Assembly: GCA_964410865.1 (NCBI GenBank)
Contig: CAYPIQ010000005.1
Location: 7,037 to 71,036 of the forward strand
Direction of reading: 5' to 3'
Length of the DNA stretch: 64,000 nucleotides
Source: an uncultured Spirochaetales bacterium
Lineage (GTDB): Bacteria > Spirochaetota > Spirochaetia > JAFGDJ01
The notes under the pieces were generated by a model. The model worked only from the letters and a program-made list of their open reading frames with translations, did not search any database and was not told the origin of the DNA. Below, one piece after another: positions 48,158-57,203 of this stretch (positions are counted from its first letter, which is position 1; the number at the start of each line of letters is the position of its first letter). The translations under genes were made by a program, and so were the position numbers.

Positions 48158-48335
48158 GATGAGGGTGTGAAAATCAACATGGATGGTAAAGGCCGCACGC
48201 TGGACAACGAGATCATTGAGTGGTTTTGGCGAACAATCAAGTATGGCTAAGTGTACCTCAACGATTACACATCACCGGCAGAAGCACGACAACGGATCGA
48301 TCGGAAGATAACTTACGCGCCTTCAACCGGGTAAC
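48158..48335 (+). pseudogene. IS3-family transposase (rve) fragment
   Basis: MDGKGRTLDNEIIEWFWRTIKYG*VYLNDY. Confidence 0.8.
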
Positions 48336-48343
48336 TGGAAACG

Positions 48344-48547
48344 CTAGGCATATTCGTCCAGGGAATAGCCTCGATAGGTATCATCCGGGACCTCTTCCCG
48401 TTCTTTTTCCGGTTTCTCTTCAGACTTCTCCGGGGGTTTCTCCTGGCGAACCTTTTCTTCTTCCTCTTCAGGAGGAGGCGGTTTTTGCTTGCGAGGCGGT
48501 TCAACGGGTGGTTCCTGTTCTACCGGTTCTACCGACATATCATTCAC
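48344..48547 (-). CDS. Small Pro/Glu/Lys-rich protein
   Basis: Strong SD AAGGAGG upstream; low complexity; ends GYSLDEYA. Confidence 0.6.
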   Translation of the reverse strand: MNDMSVEPVEQEPPVEPPRKQKPPPPEEEEEKVRQEKPPEKSEEKPEKEREEVPDDTYRGYSLDEYA

Positions 48548-48828
48548 CTCCTTTTACACATACATTGTGCCCCGAAGCTTATTGTTTTTTTGTATATGCT
48601 GTACTACCTTTCGCTGTGCGGCCTTATGGTGGCCTCGGCAGAATGAACCATAAGCTTTTGAGCACCGGGTAAAATTTACTGTTGAATGGCTCCTTAGGTC
48701 AAATTTAATGCAGGACCGGGAGTATTTTTTATCTATTCCCATGAAGCCGCCCCGCCGTCCTTGAAAAAAAATCTTTTCATGTGTATGGTAGCAGTGTTCG
48801 TATAGGTTCACATTTATACGTAATTTTA

Positions 48829-48900
48829 CTATTACGAAAATTGCGGTAACCGCCTATTTTCATCGTTTTGGTTGCCGCGCAGCGGCATGAGCAACTATTA
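48829..48900 (+). repeat. MITE-like double-hairpin repeat, copy 3
   Basis: CTATTACGAAAATTGCGGTAACCGCCTATTTTCATCGTTTTGGTTGCCGCGCAGCGGCATGAGCAACTATTA. Confidence 0.85.
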
Positions 48901-48980
48901 TGTAAAAGGAATCCCAATGTTTCCATATAAGAGCCGGCCGGCGGCAGATAGAATTCCGGTTAATCTCAAAGAGTAACAGA

Positions 48981-50036
48981 ATGAATTTTTATTATGCTCT
49001 ATATGCGGCCCTGGGAGGTAGTGTTCTTGCCATGGGGTTCGCTTTATTTAAAACACGCTGGATTTATCGGCAAAAGGTTGAAAGCCTGGAATTGGCGAAG
49101 ATTGCCTGTTTTGTACAGGAAGGCGCAATGGCGTTTCTTTCGAGGGAATACAGAACCCTTGTTCCTTATGTAGCAATTGTCGCGGTATTTCTTGCCCTTC
49201 CCGGCGGTACCGTTATGGGGATGAGCGTCGTCGGCCTTTCGTTACTCGGTATTTTTATCGTTCTTCTTGTGTTTATACGACTGGCCGGCAGCGGTGTCCC
49301 TGAACTCAAGACTCCGGTGTTTCCCCTCCTTTCAGGCTTCTCCCTGGGGGCATCGTCTATTGCTCTGTTTTCCAGGGTGGGTGGAGGTATATTCACCAAG
49401 GCGGCGGATGCAGGGGCCGATCCGGTTGGAAAAGTAGAAGCCGGTATTCCTGAAGACGATCCGCGTAACCCGGCCACCATTGCGGATAATGTGGGCGATA
49501 ACGTGGGTGACGTTGCCGGTATGGGAGCCGACCTCTTCGAGTCCTTTGTAGGTTCTATTGTCGGAGCGATGATTCTCGGACTCTCGGTAAGTGCTTCCGA
49601 CGATCTGCGTATAAAACCGGCGGCGGTTTCGCTGCTGCTTGCCGTTACAGGCCTAGGCGTAGGTATGATGTCCGCCTTTCCTGTGGTGATACTCATCGGC
49701 TCCGCCATGGTGCTGAGCAACCTCCCAGCCGGTCTATATGGAATAGCGATTTCCGCCGTCGGCATGCTGGTAACCCTGGGTATTCAGCTGGCGGTGGATG
49801 CCTACGGACCCATCGCGGATAACGCCGGCGGGGCCTGGGACAATGCAAAGAAGATGATAGAGAGCGGCAACCTGGGTGGGAAAGCATCGGAAGCCCACAA
49901 GGCAGCAGTGGTGGAAGACACCGTCGGAGATCCCTTTAAAGACACCGCCGGCCCGTCGTTGAATATACTGATAAAGTTGAAGTCGGTGGTATCCCTCGTC
50001 ATTGCACCTATGCTAAAAACATTTCATGGATTATAA
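48981..50036 (+). pseudogene. Collapsed membrane pyrophosphatase paralogue (351 aa, at least 3 in-frame deletions)
   Basis: HppA motifs [28 protein letters not shown] retained but large blocks missing; conserved residues altered (GADPVG, VVEDTVG, IKLKS). Confidence 0.85.
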
Positions 50037-50069
50037 ATCCATGTAAAAAATATTGAAGGAGAACCAAGT

Positions 50070-52265
50070 ATGCTGAATAATTTATTCTGGATCGTCCCCT
50101 GTTGTGCCTTTCTGGCACTCATGTTCGCCCTCGTATTCTACATCCAGATGAAAAAAAAGAGCGAGGGAACGGACCAGATGATCAAGATCGCCTCGTATGT
50201 CCGGAAAGGAGCCATGGCGTATCTCAAGCAGCAGTACAAAGTCGTTATCATTGTGTTTGCTGTTCTGACGGTTTTTTTCGCCCTGCTGGCGTATGTATTC
50301 AAGGTACAGAACCCCTGGGTCCCCGGAGCTTTTCTTACCGGGGGATTCTTCTCGGCCCTGGCCGGTTTTTTCGGTATGAAGACCGCTACTTATGCCTCCG
50401 CCAGGACGGCCAATGCCGCCAGGGAGTCTCTGAATGGTGGTCTCAAGATTGCCTTTCGCAGCGGCGCCGTCATGGGACTCGTGGTGGTCGGCCTTGGTCT
50501 TCTGGACATTTCCATCTGGTTCATCGTTCTGAATGCAGTGTATCCCGCTGCTGCCAACGACACGCATAATCTGACTATGATCACCACCACCATGCTCACC
50601 TTCGGTATGGGTGCCTCGACGCAGGCATTATTTGCCAGGGTAGGCGGCGGTATTTTTACCAAGGCGGCCGACGTAGGGGCCGACCTGGTCGGTAAGGTAG
50701 AAGCGGGTATTCCCGAAGACGATCCGCGTAACCCGGCTACCATCGCCGATAATGTCGGAGATAATGTCGGTGATGTCGCCGGTATGGGAGCCGACCTCTA
50801 CGAGTCATATTGCGGTTCGATCCTGGCAACCGCGGCCCTCGGTGCGGCCGCCTTTACCGGTAGTGTGGATATGCAGTTCAGGGCGGTTATTGCTCCCATG
50901 CTTATCGCCGCGTTCGGTACAATTCTTTCGATCATCGGGATTTTCGCCGTACGGACACGGGAGGATGCGGATCAACGACTTCTTTTAAAGGCCCTCAACA
51001 GGGGTATCAACCTCAGTTCCGTCCTGATCGTGGTAGTCTCCTTTTTTGTACTGCGGGTCCTGGATATCCCCAATTCCCTCGGTATCTGGGGCTCCATAGT
51101 CACCGGCCTTCTGGTCGGTATTGGTATCGGAAAGGTCACCGAATATTTTACCTCCTCTTCTTATAAACCCACCCAGGAAATATCCAGGAACGCCCAAACG
51201 GGACCGGCTACGGTTATTATAGCCGGGCTGGGCACCGGTATGATCTCCACCGCTCTTCCGGTGCTTTTTATCGTTATCGGGACAATCATGGCGTTTCTCT
51301 TTTCTTCCGGATTCGATATGGCAAACATGAGCATGGGGCTCTACGGGATCGGTATTGCAGCTGTAGGGATGCTCTCCACCCTGGGGATAACTCTGGCTAC
51401 CGACGCCTACGGACCCATTGCCGATAATGCGGGAGGAAACGCGGAGATGTCCGGCCTGGGCAAGGCCGTACGAAACCGTACGGACGCCCTGGATTCCCTG
51501 GGGAATACCACCGCGGCCACCGGAAAGGGTTTTGCCATCGGTTCGGCCGCCCTGACCGCCCTGGCTCTTCTTGCCTCTTATATAGAAGAGCTTAAAATAG
51601 GACTGATACGCATCGGCCAAACCACCCTGGAGTTCGGAAACGGCCGGATGGTCGAAACGGCAAAGGCAACCCTGATGGACTTTATGAATTATTACGAAGT
51701 AAACCTTATGAACCCCCGGGTGCTGGTGGGTATGTTTACAGGGTCCATGCTCGCCTTTCTTTTCTGTGGTTTGACTATGAATGCCGTGGGAAGCGCGGCG
51801 GGTAAAATGGTTGAGGAGGTCCGCAGACAGTTTAAAACTATCAAGGGAATTCTCGAGGGGCAAGCGGAACCCGATTACGCTCGATGTGTCGAGATATCGA
51901 CTAAAGGAGCGCAGGCGGCCATGCTGATCCCCTCTCTCCTGGCTATTGTTGCTCCAATTATCATGGGATTTTTCTTCGGAGTAGCCGGTGTTATGGGGTT
52001 ACTGGTAGGCTGCCTGGCTGCAGGATTTGTTCTTGCAATTTTTATGGCTAATTCCGGCGGGGCCTGGGACAACGCAAAGAAATTTATCGAAGAAGGCAAC
52101 TTTGGAGGCAAAAACTCCGAATCCCATAAAGCCGCCGTTATAGGTGACACGGTGGGTGACCCGTTCAAGGACACGTCAGGGCCGTCGCTTAACATTCTTA
52201 TCAAGTTGATGACTATGGTTTCAATCGTCATGGCCGGCTTGACTGTTGCGTTCTCGATCCTATAA
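50070..52265 (+). CDS. hppA: Membrane-bound ion-translocating pyrophosphatase, K+-dependent type
   Basis: [26 protein letters not shown] (Ala of the K+-dependent group), [15 protein letters not shown]. Confidence 0.96.
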   Translation: MLNNLFWIVPCCAFLALMFALVFYIQMKKKSEGTDQMIKIASYVRKGAMAYLKQQYKVVIIVFAVLTVFFALLAYVFKVQNPWVPGAFLTGGFFSALAGFFGMKTATYASARTANAARESLNGGLKIAFRSGAVMGLVVVGLGLLDISIWFIVLNAVYPAAANDTHNLTMITTTMLTFGMGASTQALFARVGGGIFTKAADVGADLVGKVEAGIPEDDPRNPATIADNVGDNVGDVAGMGADLYESYCGSILATAALGAAAFTGSVDMQFRAVIAPMLIAAFGTILSIIGIFAVRTREDADQRLLLKALNRGINLSSVLIVVVSFFVLRVLDIPNSLGIWGSIVTGLLVGIGIGKVTEYFTSSSYKPTQEISRNAQTGPATVIIAGLGTGMISTALPVLFIVIGTIMAFLFSSGFDMANMSMGLYGIGIAAVGMLSTLGITLATDAYGPIADNAGGNAEMSGLGKAVRNRTDALDSLGNTTAATGKGFAIGSAALTALALLASYIEELKIGLIRIGQTTLEFGNGRMVETAKATLMDFMNYYEVNLMNPRVLVGMFTGSMLAFLFCGLTMNAVGSAAGKMVEEVRRQFKTIKGILEGQAEPDYARCVEISTKGAQAAMLIPSLLAIVAPIIMGFFFGVAGVMGLLVGCLAAGFVLAIFMANSGGAWDNAKKFIEEGNFGGKNSESHKAAVIGDTVGDPFKDTSGPSLNILIKLMTMVSIVMAGLTVAFSIL

Positions 52266-52297
52266 CGTATACTAACAGTAAGAAGGAGGAGCTGTTT

Positions 52298-53083
52298 ATG
52301 GAGTACCGGAATCACCTTTACATGATTTTACATCCGAATCCCTCACTTGTCGCTTCGCAGTATAACCCGGACCAGTTCGCGACGCACTATATGTCGGGGT
52401 CGACGAGACACTATAACGGCAAGGTTATCTTTGCAGAAATAGATATCAACTATCGTCATGATTATCTGAATATAGACCGGGGCTTGAAAGAACTGGTGCC
52501 GCACGACGACGGAAGTCCCAAGGCGACCAAGTTTATTTCCACATACCGGGTACTGGAACACATAGATTTCGACGCTATCCAGCGCCTGTACCTGACAACC
52601 CCTTCGGCTATTGTCCTGGGTCTAGATCCGGCGCCGTATACAACGGTCCATCAGCCCGGTTTTATCAGGATATTCGCGGAAATAACCCCCATGAGGATGC
52701 TGGTCCTTACAAAATTAAACTTTCCGGAATTCGGCCGGTATATTACGGACCCGGATAATCCGAAAGGGGCTCCCAAGATTTTCTATACGCAGATCGATTT
52801 CGATATCGAGTATTTCATGCGGGAAATAAAGGAGAATCCCTTCCTCAATACTCCCCTGCCCAGCGTTCATTCTTCAAAGCTGCGGGACGCAATTATTGAG
52901 TTGCAGAATAATCCGGAGAAGAGGACTAAGGGCTTGAGCCTTGACAGCAATCTGAACCGTAAATCCTATAAATACCTGAAACACGGATTCATGTTTGCCT
53001 CCCAGAAAGGAACAAAGTTTTTCCCCATACCTCCTCTGGACGTTATCGAGGAAACGAATTATAAATTCTGGAAGGAAATGTGA
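52298..53083 (+). CDS. Hypothetical protein
   Basis: 261-aa ORF with AGGAGG SD, directly downstream of hppA. Confidence 0.75.
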   Translation: MEYRNHLYMILHPNPSLVASQYNPDQFATHYMSGSTRHYNGKVIFAEIDINYRHDYLNIDRGLKELVPHDDGSPKATKFISTYRVLEHIDFDAIQRLYLTTPSAIVLGLDPAPYTTVHQPGFIRIFAEITPMRMLVLTKLNFPEFGRYITDPDNPKGAPKIFYTQIDFDIEYFMREIKENPFLNTPLPSVHSSKLRDAIIELQNNPEKRTKGLSLDSNLNRKSYKYLKHGFMFASQKGTKFFPIPPLDVIEETNYKFWKEM

Positions 53084-53101
53084 TTGATCCGAATGTATCG
53101 A

Positions 53102-53160
53102 TGACTCCCCTGAAAAAAGAGGACTGGGAAAATGGGCAAATTCCTTAGTTAGGGGAGTCA
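53102..53160. mobile_element. 59-bp miniature IS3-type element
   Basis: TG...CA ends, TIR TGACTCCCCT/AGGGGAGTCA, flanked by a 4-bp direct repeat TCGA (53098-53101, 53161-53164). Confidence 0.65.
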
Positions 53161-53290
53161 TCGATTTTTAAAACCCCGCTCAAAAGGGGGGTGCACGACA
53201 ATTTCGTTTTCACCAACCACATTAAGCTCTTTTCCGTGCGGGCTTTGACATTCGGATAGATATATGTAAAATAAAGTGCTAAGGTGAAGT

Positions 53291-53548
53291 ATGAAAAAAA
53301 ATCTTTTTTCCATTATAGGCATTATCCTCCTTGTCGCCGGAGTGACAGCCTTGGTATATGGTCTGACAACCTATACCCAATTGCAGGATGACATTGCCAA
53401 CCGGTTCGCCAAGGCAATCTCGGGTTCCAGTAATCAGGAGACCCAGGCCCTGTATATCACCATTACCGGAGGGGCGGGAATACTGGTGGGGCTTATTCTC
53501 ATGATCGCTAATCGAAAAAAAAAGAGCAGAAAGAAGCGCAGGCGCTGA
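53291..53548 (+). CDS. Small two-TM membrane protein (DUF3185-like)
   Basis: SIIGIILLVAGV.ALVYG...ISGS...GGAGILVGLIL with basic tail. Confidence 0.75.
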   Translation: MKKNLFSIIGIILLVAGVTALVYGLTTYTQLQDDIANRFAKAISGSSNQETQALYITITGGAGILVGLILMIANRKKKSRKKRRR

Positions 53549-53555
53549 GGTATTC

Positions 53556-54089
53556 ATGAGGAAAAGGTATGCAGCGTTTCTTTTTCTCATTCTACTGGCA
53601 ACCTCCGGGCTCTATGCCGGAGAAAAGGAGCCGGCGGCTTTCTCCGCCGAAATCAGCGGCGGGTCCTGCCTGTTCATTCCCCATACGGCCGTTCTCCTCA
53701 ATATCTCATTTCCCCTTGGCTCGACTCATTTTCGTATTGCCGCCCAGGCAGGGTGCAATTATCTCTTTAATGTCTGGGACGCGGTGCATGCCGGAAATTT
53801 TTATTTTCCCATGGGGTTCGAATTATCCTATATCCCCATGCATCTCGGTTTTTCATGTCTTTACCATATGTCCCTTTCAGATATAACAGGGGAAGGGATT
53901 ATCGAAACCTCATTCCGAACCTATCTTGACCTGGTGATAAAGCCGCGTTTCGAATTTCAACTGTTTTTTTCGCTGGGACTCTCCGCCTTCTGGGATTATA
54001 ACACCCAGCCGGTGTTCCCGGTTACCGCTGACATCGGACTCCGGTTTCGCTTTCCCTTTCGAAAAAGTACTGGGTCGGACAGTACCTAA
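53556..54089 (+). CDS. Hypothetical secreted or outer-membrane protein
   Basis: Signal peptide MRKRYAAFLFLILLATSGLYA; alternating beta-strand-like pattern. Confidence 0.65.
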   Translation: MRKRYAAFLFLILLATSGLYAGEKEPAAFSAEISGGSCLFIPHTAVLLNISFPLGSTHFRIAAQAGCNYLFNVWDAVHAGNFYFPMGFELSYIPMHLGFSCLYHMSLSDITGEGIIETSFRTYLDLVIKPRFEFQLFFSLGLSAFWDYNTQPVFPVTADIGLRFRFPFRKSTGSDST

Positions 54090-54191
54090 TCGGAAAGACT
54101 CATAACCGACAACTCATTCGTTGTCCTGCCGCCTGCTTGACACCTTTTTTTAAACATTATATATTACACCCGCTTTTGAAAATATAATCCC

Positions 54192-54276
54192 GCTGCAGTG
54201 GTGGAATTGGTAGACACGCTAGCTTGAGGGGCTAGTGAGTATTGCACTCGTGGAGGTTCAAGTCCTCTCTGCAGCA
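54192..54276 (+). tRNA. tRNA-Leu(GAG)
   Basis: Acceptor GCTGCAG/CTGCAGC-A, D loop GGAATTGGTAGAC, anticodon stem CTAGC-TTGAGGG-GCTAG, long variable arm, GGTTCAAGTCC. Confidence 0.96.
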
Positions 54277-54305
54277 TAACAAAACCTTGAATAACAAGGA
54301 AATAC

Positions 54306-54335
54306 AAACCACCCTAAGCAACAGGGTGGTTTTTT
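54306..54335 (+). terminator. Rho-independent terminator after the tRNA
   Basis: AAACCACCCT-N7-AGGGTGGTTT followed by a T run. Confidence 0.75.
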
Positions 54336-54399
54336 AGTGTGCCCAGCATGGGTGATAACTTGGCGGTGAAAGTCCGCTACATTCTTGTTCGTTGATGTT

Positions 54400-54678
54400 G
54401 GTCAAATATCCATGCCCAATTCGATGATCACGATTCAATAATTTTTCTATACGTGCGTTCATCGTTGAGAGCAGTTTATCCAAATCGATTTCTTCCACCG
54501 CATGTGGAGATTCAGCAAGTACAGTTGGATCAGGCTCCATTTCAATAAAAGAAAATCTTCTCTTTAGAGCGGTATCTAAAGCCTCAACACTACGGTCGGC
54601 TGTATTCATTGTTCCGATTATGTTGAGATTGTTGGGGATTACAAACTCTTCACCTGAGTATGGCAGTTTCACCTTCAT
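54400..54678 (-). pseudogene. McrB-like AAA+ GTPase fragment
   Basis: LPYSGEEF.IP.NL.IIGTMNTADRS...LDTALKRRF...IGHGY; both ends missing. Confidence 0.8.
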
Positions 54679-54928
54679 GGAGTTGGATTATGATGATATT
54701 ATAGGGCGGAAGTGTTATGAACTTGTTCATGATACGAAGGAGCCCATCTCTGCGTGTCCCTGTGCGCAAGGTCTTAAGACCGGTGAGTCAGCAATCAATG
54801 AATATGAGGAGAACGGCAGGGCCTACGAACTAGCTGCCTGGCCCATATTTGACCCTGTTGATAATAGTATAAAATCATTTGTTTATATTGTGAGAGACAT
54901 TACTGAGAAGAATGAAACGGCACTATAA
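54677..54928 (+). pseudogene. Isolated PAS-domain fragment
   Basis: IIGRKCYEL.H.....CPC...L.TG...WPIFD...VYIVRDITE; abuts the McrB fragment back-to-back. Confidence 0.6.
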
Positions 54929-54980
54929 AACTAAAAAAAGTACAAATCCTATGTTTATCATTCGATTGGGAGAGGACTAT

Positions 54981-55160
54981 ATGGCAGAAAAAATAGGAGA
55001 TAACCTCGTAAAAATAGGAGCAATGACCCAAGAGCAAGTCAACAATATCATCCAAAGACAGAGAGATGGAGATACACGGCTGTTCGGGGAAATCGCTATT
55101 GAGCAAAATTATATAGATGATGATGTTCTCGCTAAATATTTAGAACGTAAAGAAACTTGA
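54981..55160 (+). CDS. Stand-alone MshEN-like domain protein (59 aa)
   Basis: KIGDNLVKIGAMTQEQVNNIIQRQ and LFGEIAIEQNYIDDDVL match the tandem RLGxxLxxxG...Q MshEN motif; SD GAGAGGA. Confidence 0.75.
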   Translation: MAEKIGDNLVKIGAMTQEQVNNIIQRQRDGDTRLFGEIAIEQNYIDDDVLAKYLERKET

Positions 55161-55170
55161 TGAAACAGTC

Positions 55171-56157
55171 GTGTTCAATGGCTCAATATGGTATATTCGA
55201 ACTGTGTTGAATTTACTCTTGCTCATTATAGGGTTTCTTCCGCTGATTTTCGGGGCTCGCTTATTAGTCGATGGAGCATCATCCGTCGCCACCCGTTTCA
55301 ATGTTCCTAATATAGTCATAGGCCTCACCATTGTTGCCTTTGGCACGTCCGCCCCAGAATTGGTAGTTAATCTGATAGCTGCTATCAATCAAAACTCTTC
55401 GCTTGTATTGGGAAATGTGCTTGGCAGCAATATCTTCAATATTTTGGGGATAATCGGCATTGCAGCCCTCATCTACCCGCTGCAGGTAAAGAGCCGAACC
55501 ACCTGGATAGAAATCCCCCTGAGCTTCCTGGCCGCAGTGGTTCTGTTGGTTATAGCACATAAGCAGCTTATTGACGGAACGCCATTCAACAGCATTGTGA
55601 GAACCGACGGTATTGTATTGCTGTTGTTCTTTAGCATATTTATTGCCTACAGCTTCCATTCCATTTCAAGCGATTCAACTCCTGAAAAAGTTGAAGTACA
55701 CAAATTTTCCACGCTGCATTCCGTTCTCTACATACTCATCGGTCTTGGATTGCTCATTGTAGGTGGACGAGTGATTGTCCAATCGGCTGTACGCTTCGCT
55801 CAAAGGATAGGTCTCCCAGAACGGATAATTGCCCTTACTATTGTCTCAATAGGTACTTCTCTGCCCGAATTGGCTACATCAGCTGTCGCCGCATTCAAAA
55901 AAAATGTAGACATTGCCATAGGGAATATTGTCGGTTCGAATATATTCAACGTCTTTTTTATCCTCGGTCTATCGGCTGTGGTATATCCTGTAAAAGTAAC
56001 GACATCCTCAGCGCTCGATCTCTTGGTGCACACCGGAACGGCAGTACTACTATTTGCCGTCATCTTTATAGGAAAAGGACGAAAAGTCGACCGTTGGGAA
56101 GGAGCAATTTTTATCGGCCTTTACATTGCATATATAACAGTTCTTCTTACAGTTTGA
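55171..56157 (+). CDS. Calcium/sodium antiporter (YrbG/CaCA family)
   Basis: Two alpha repeats AFGTSAPE...GSNIFN and SIGTSLPE...GSNIFN; exact start uncertain. Confidence 0.92.
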   Translation: MFNGSIWYIRTVLNLLLLIIGFLPLIFGARLLVDGASSVATRFNVPNIVIGLTIVAFGTSAPELVVNLIAAINQNSSLVLGNVLGSNIFNILGIIGIAALIYPLQVKSRTTWIEIPLSFLAAVVLLVIAHKQLIDGTPFNSIVRTDGIVLLLFFSIFIAYSFHSISSDSTPEKVEVHKFSTLHSVLYILIGLGLLIVGGRVIVQSAVRFAQRIGLPERIIALTIVSIGTSLPELATSAVAAFKKNVDIAIGNIVGSNIFNVFFILGLSAVVYPVKVTTSSALDLLVHTGTAVLLFAVIFIGKGRKVDRWEGAIFIGLYIAYITVLLTV

Positions 56158-56191
56158 TGCTCCCATAATAATTGATGTCGTATCATTAAGC

Positions 56192-56596
56192 TCATCTCTT
56201 CTCTCTCAGTAGATCCCTTATTTCCGCTAACAACAATTCCTGTGATGAAGGTGCAGCCGGAACTTCCTCCTGTGCTTCTTCTCTCCTTCTCAGGGAATTG
56301 ATAGCTTTAACCACAAAGAAGATTACAAAGGTAATAATTGCAAAATCAACTACCGTTTGTATAAACCTGCCGTACCCAATTACAACAGCAGGAACCTCAT
56401 CTGTTGCTTTTTGTATAGTAATGGATAGACGAGTAAAGTTAACTCCACCGATTAGCACGCCAATGGGAGGCAATATAATATCATTAACTAAGGAAGTTAC
56501 GATGCGGCTGAAGGCTGATCCAATAATAATTCCGATAGCCATATCAACAACATTTCCTCGGATAGAGAACTCTTTAAGTTCTTTCATAATCTTCAT
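56192..56596 (-). CDS. mscL: Large-conductance mechanosensitive channel
   Basis: KEFSIRGNVVDMAIGIIIG.AF..IV.SLVNDII.P, YG.FI, LLAEIRDLL; start ATG 56596. Confidence 0.95.
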   Translation of the reverse strand: MKIMKELKEFSIRGNVVDMAIGIIIGSAFSRIVTSLVNDIILPPIGVLIGGVNFTRLSITIQKATDEVPAVVIGYGRFIQTVVDFAIITFVIFFVVKAINSLRRREEAQEEVPAAPSSQELLLAEIRDLLREKR

Positions 56597-56824
56597 ATTT
56601 CCTACTCCTCTTATATGTTCATGGATCAAATGTAATGGATAACGGACCTTTTATTAAGCATCAATAAAGATGTAGAGTGTGTCTACTTGTCTCTCAGCTT
56701 TCTAAATAGATACTGGACAGCCACGATAGGATGCCTATGCATCATTCTTGGTCCGGAGAATCGCATAACTTCCTTAATACGCTCTTTCATTTTAGGTTAC
56801 ACTGAATTACAGTGCACTTACATT

Positions 56825-56910
56825 CTAATACGAAAATAGCCGCACCGGAATAGCCGCACCCGGCTGTTTTCATCCTTTCGGTTGCCGCGCAGCGGCATGA
56901 GCAACTATTA
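56825..56910 (+). repeat. MITE-like double-hairpin repeat, copy 4
   Basis: Same core with an internal tandem duplication of AATAGCCGCACC. Confidence 0.85.
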
Positions 56911-57103
56911 TAAAAATATAAAAGATCGAAGGGGTGCAGGACGGGCGAGGATTGCACTTATCAGGAAATTATGTGGAGTAATGCGAAGGATGCTCCCGGA
57001 TGGTGAACCATTGAGGGATATCCATATTGAACTGTACAACAAGAAAATCAGTCAGTTTGACCGGACTATAAAAAGAATTGAACAGGATAAAAAAATCGCT
57101 TGA
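56911..57103 (+). pseudogene. IS110-family transposase C-terminal fragment
   Basis: KDRRGAGRARIALIRKLCGVMRRML..GEP. Confidence 0.65.
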
Positions 57104-57203
57104 CTTTTATCGTAGTGGGTAAAGAAAATACTCCCCCGTCCCTAATTTATTTAAACAGAAGCTTCTGCTTTTACCGGCAACGTAAAAGGCTCAGTTCCAA
57201 GAG

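Noticed and set aside
48344-48547. Tandem-repeat or phase-variable locus
   Set aside because: Low-complexity Pro/Glu/Lys coding sequence without a regular nucleotide repeat unit.
56882-57103. Intact small genes beginning MSNY (also 26895-27134)
   Set aside because: The ATG is contributed by the repeat element and has no SD; the remainder is transposase debris.
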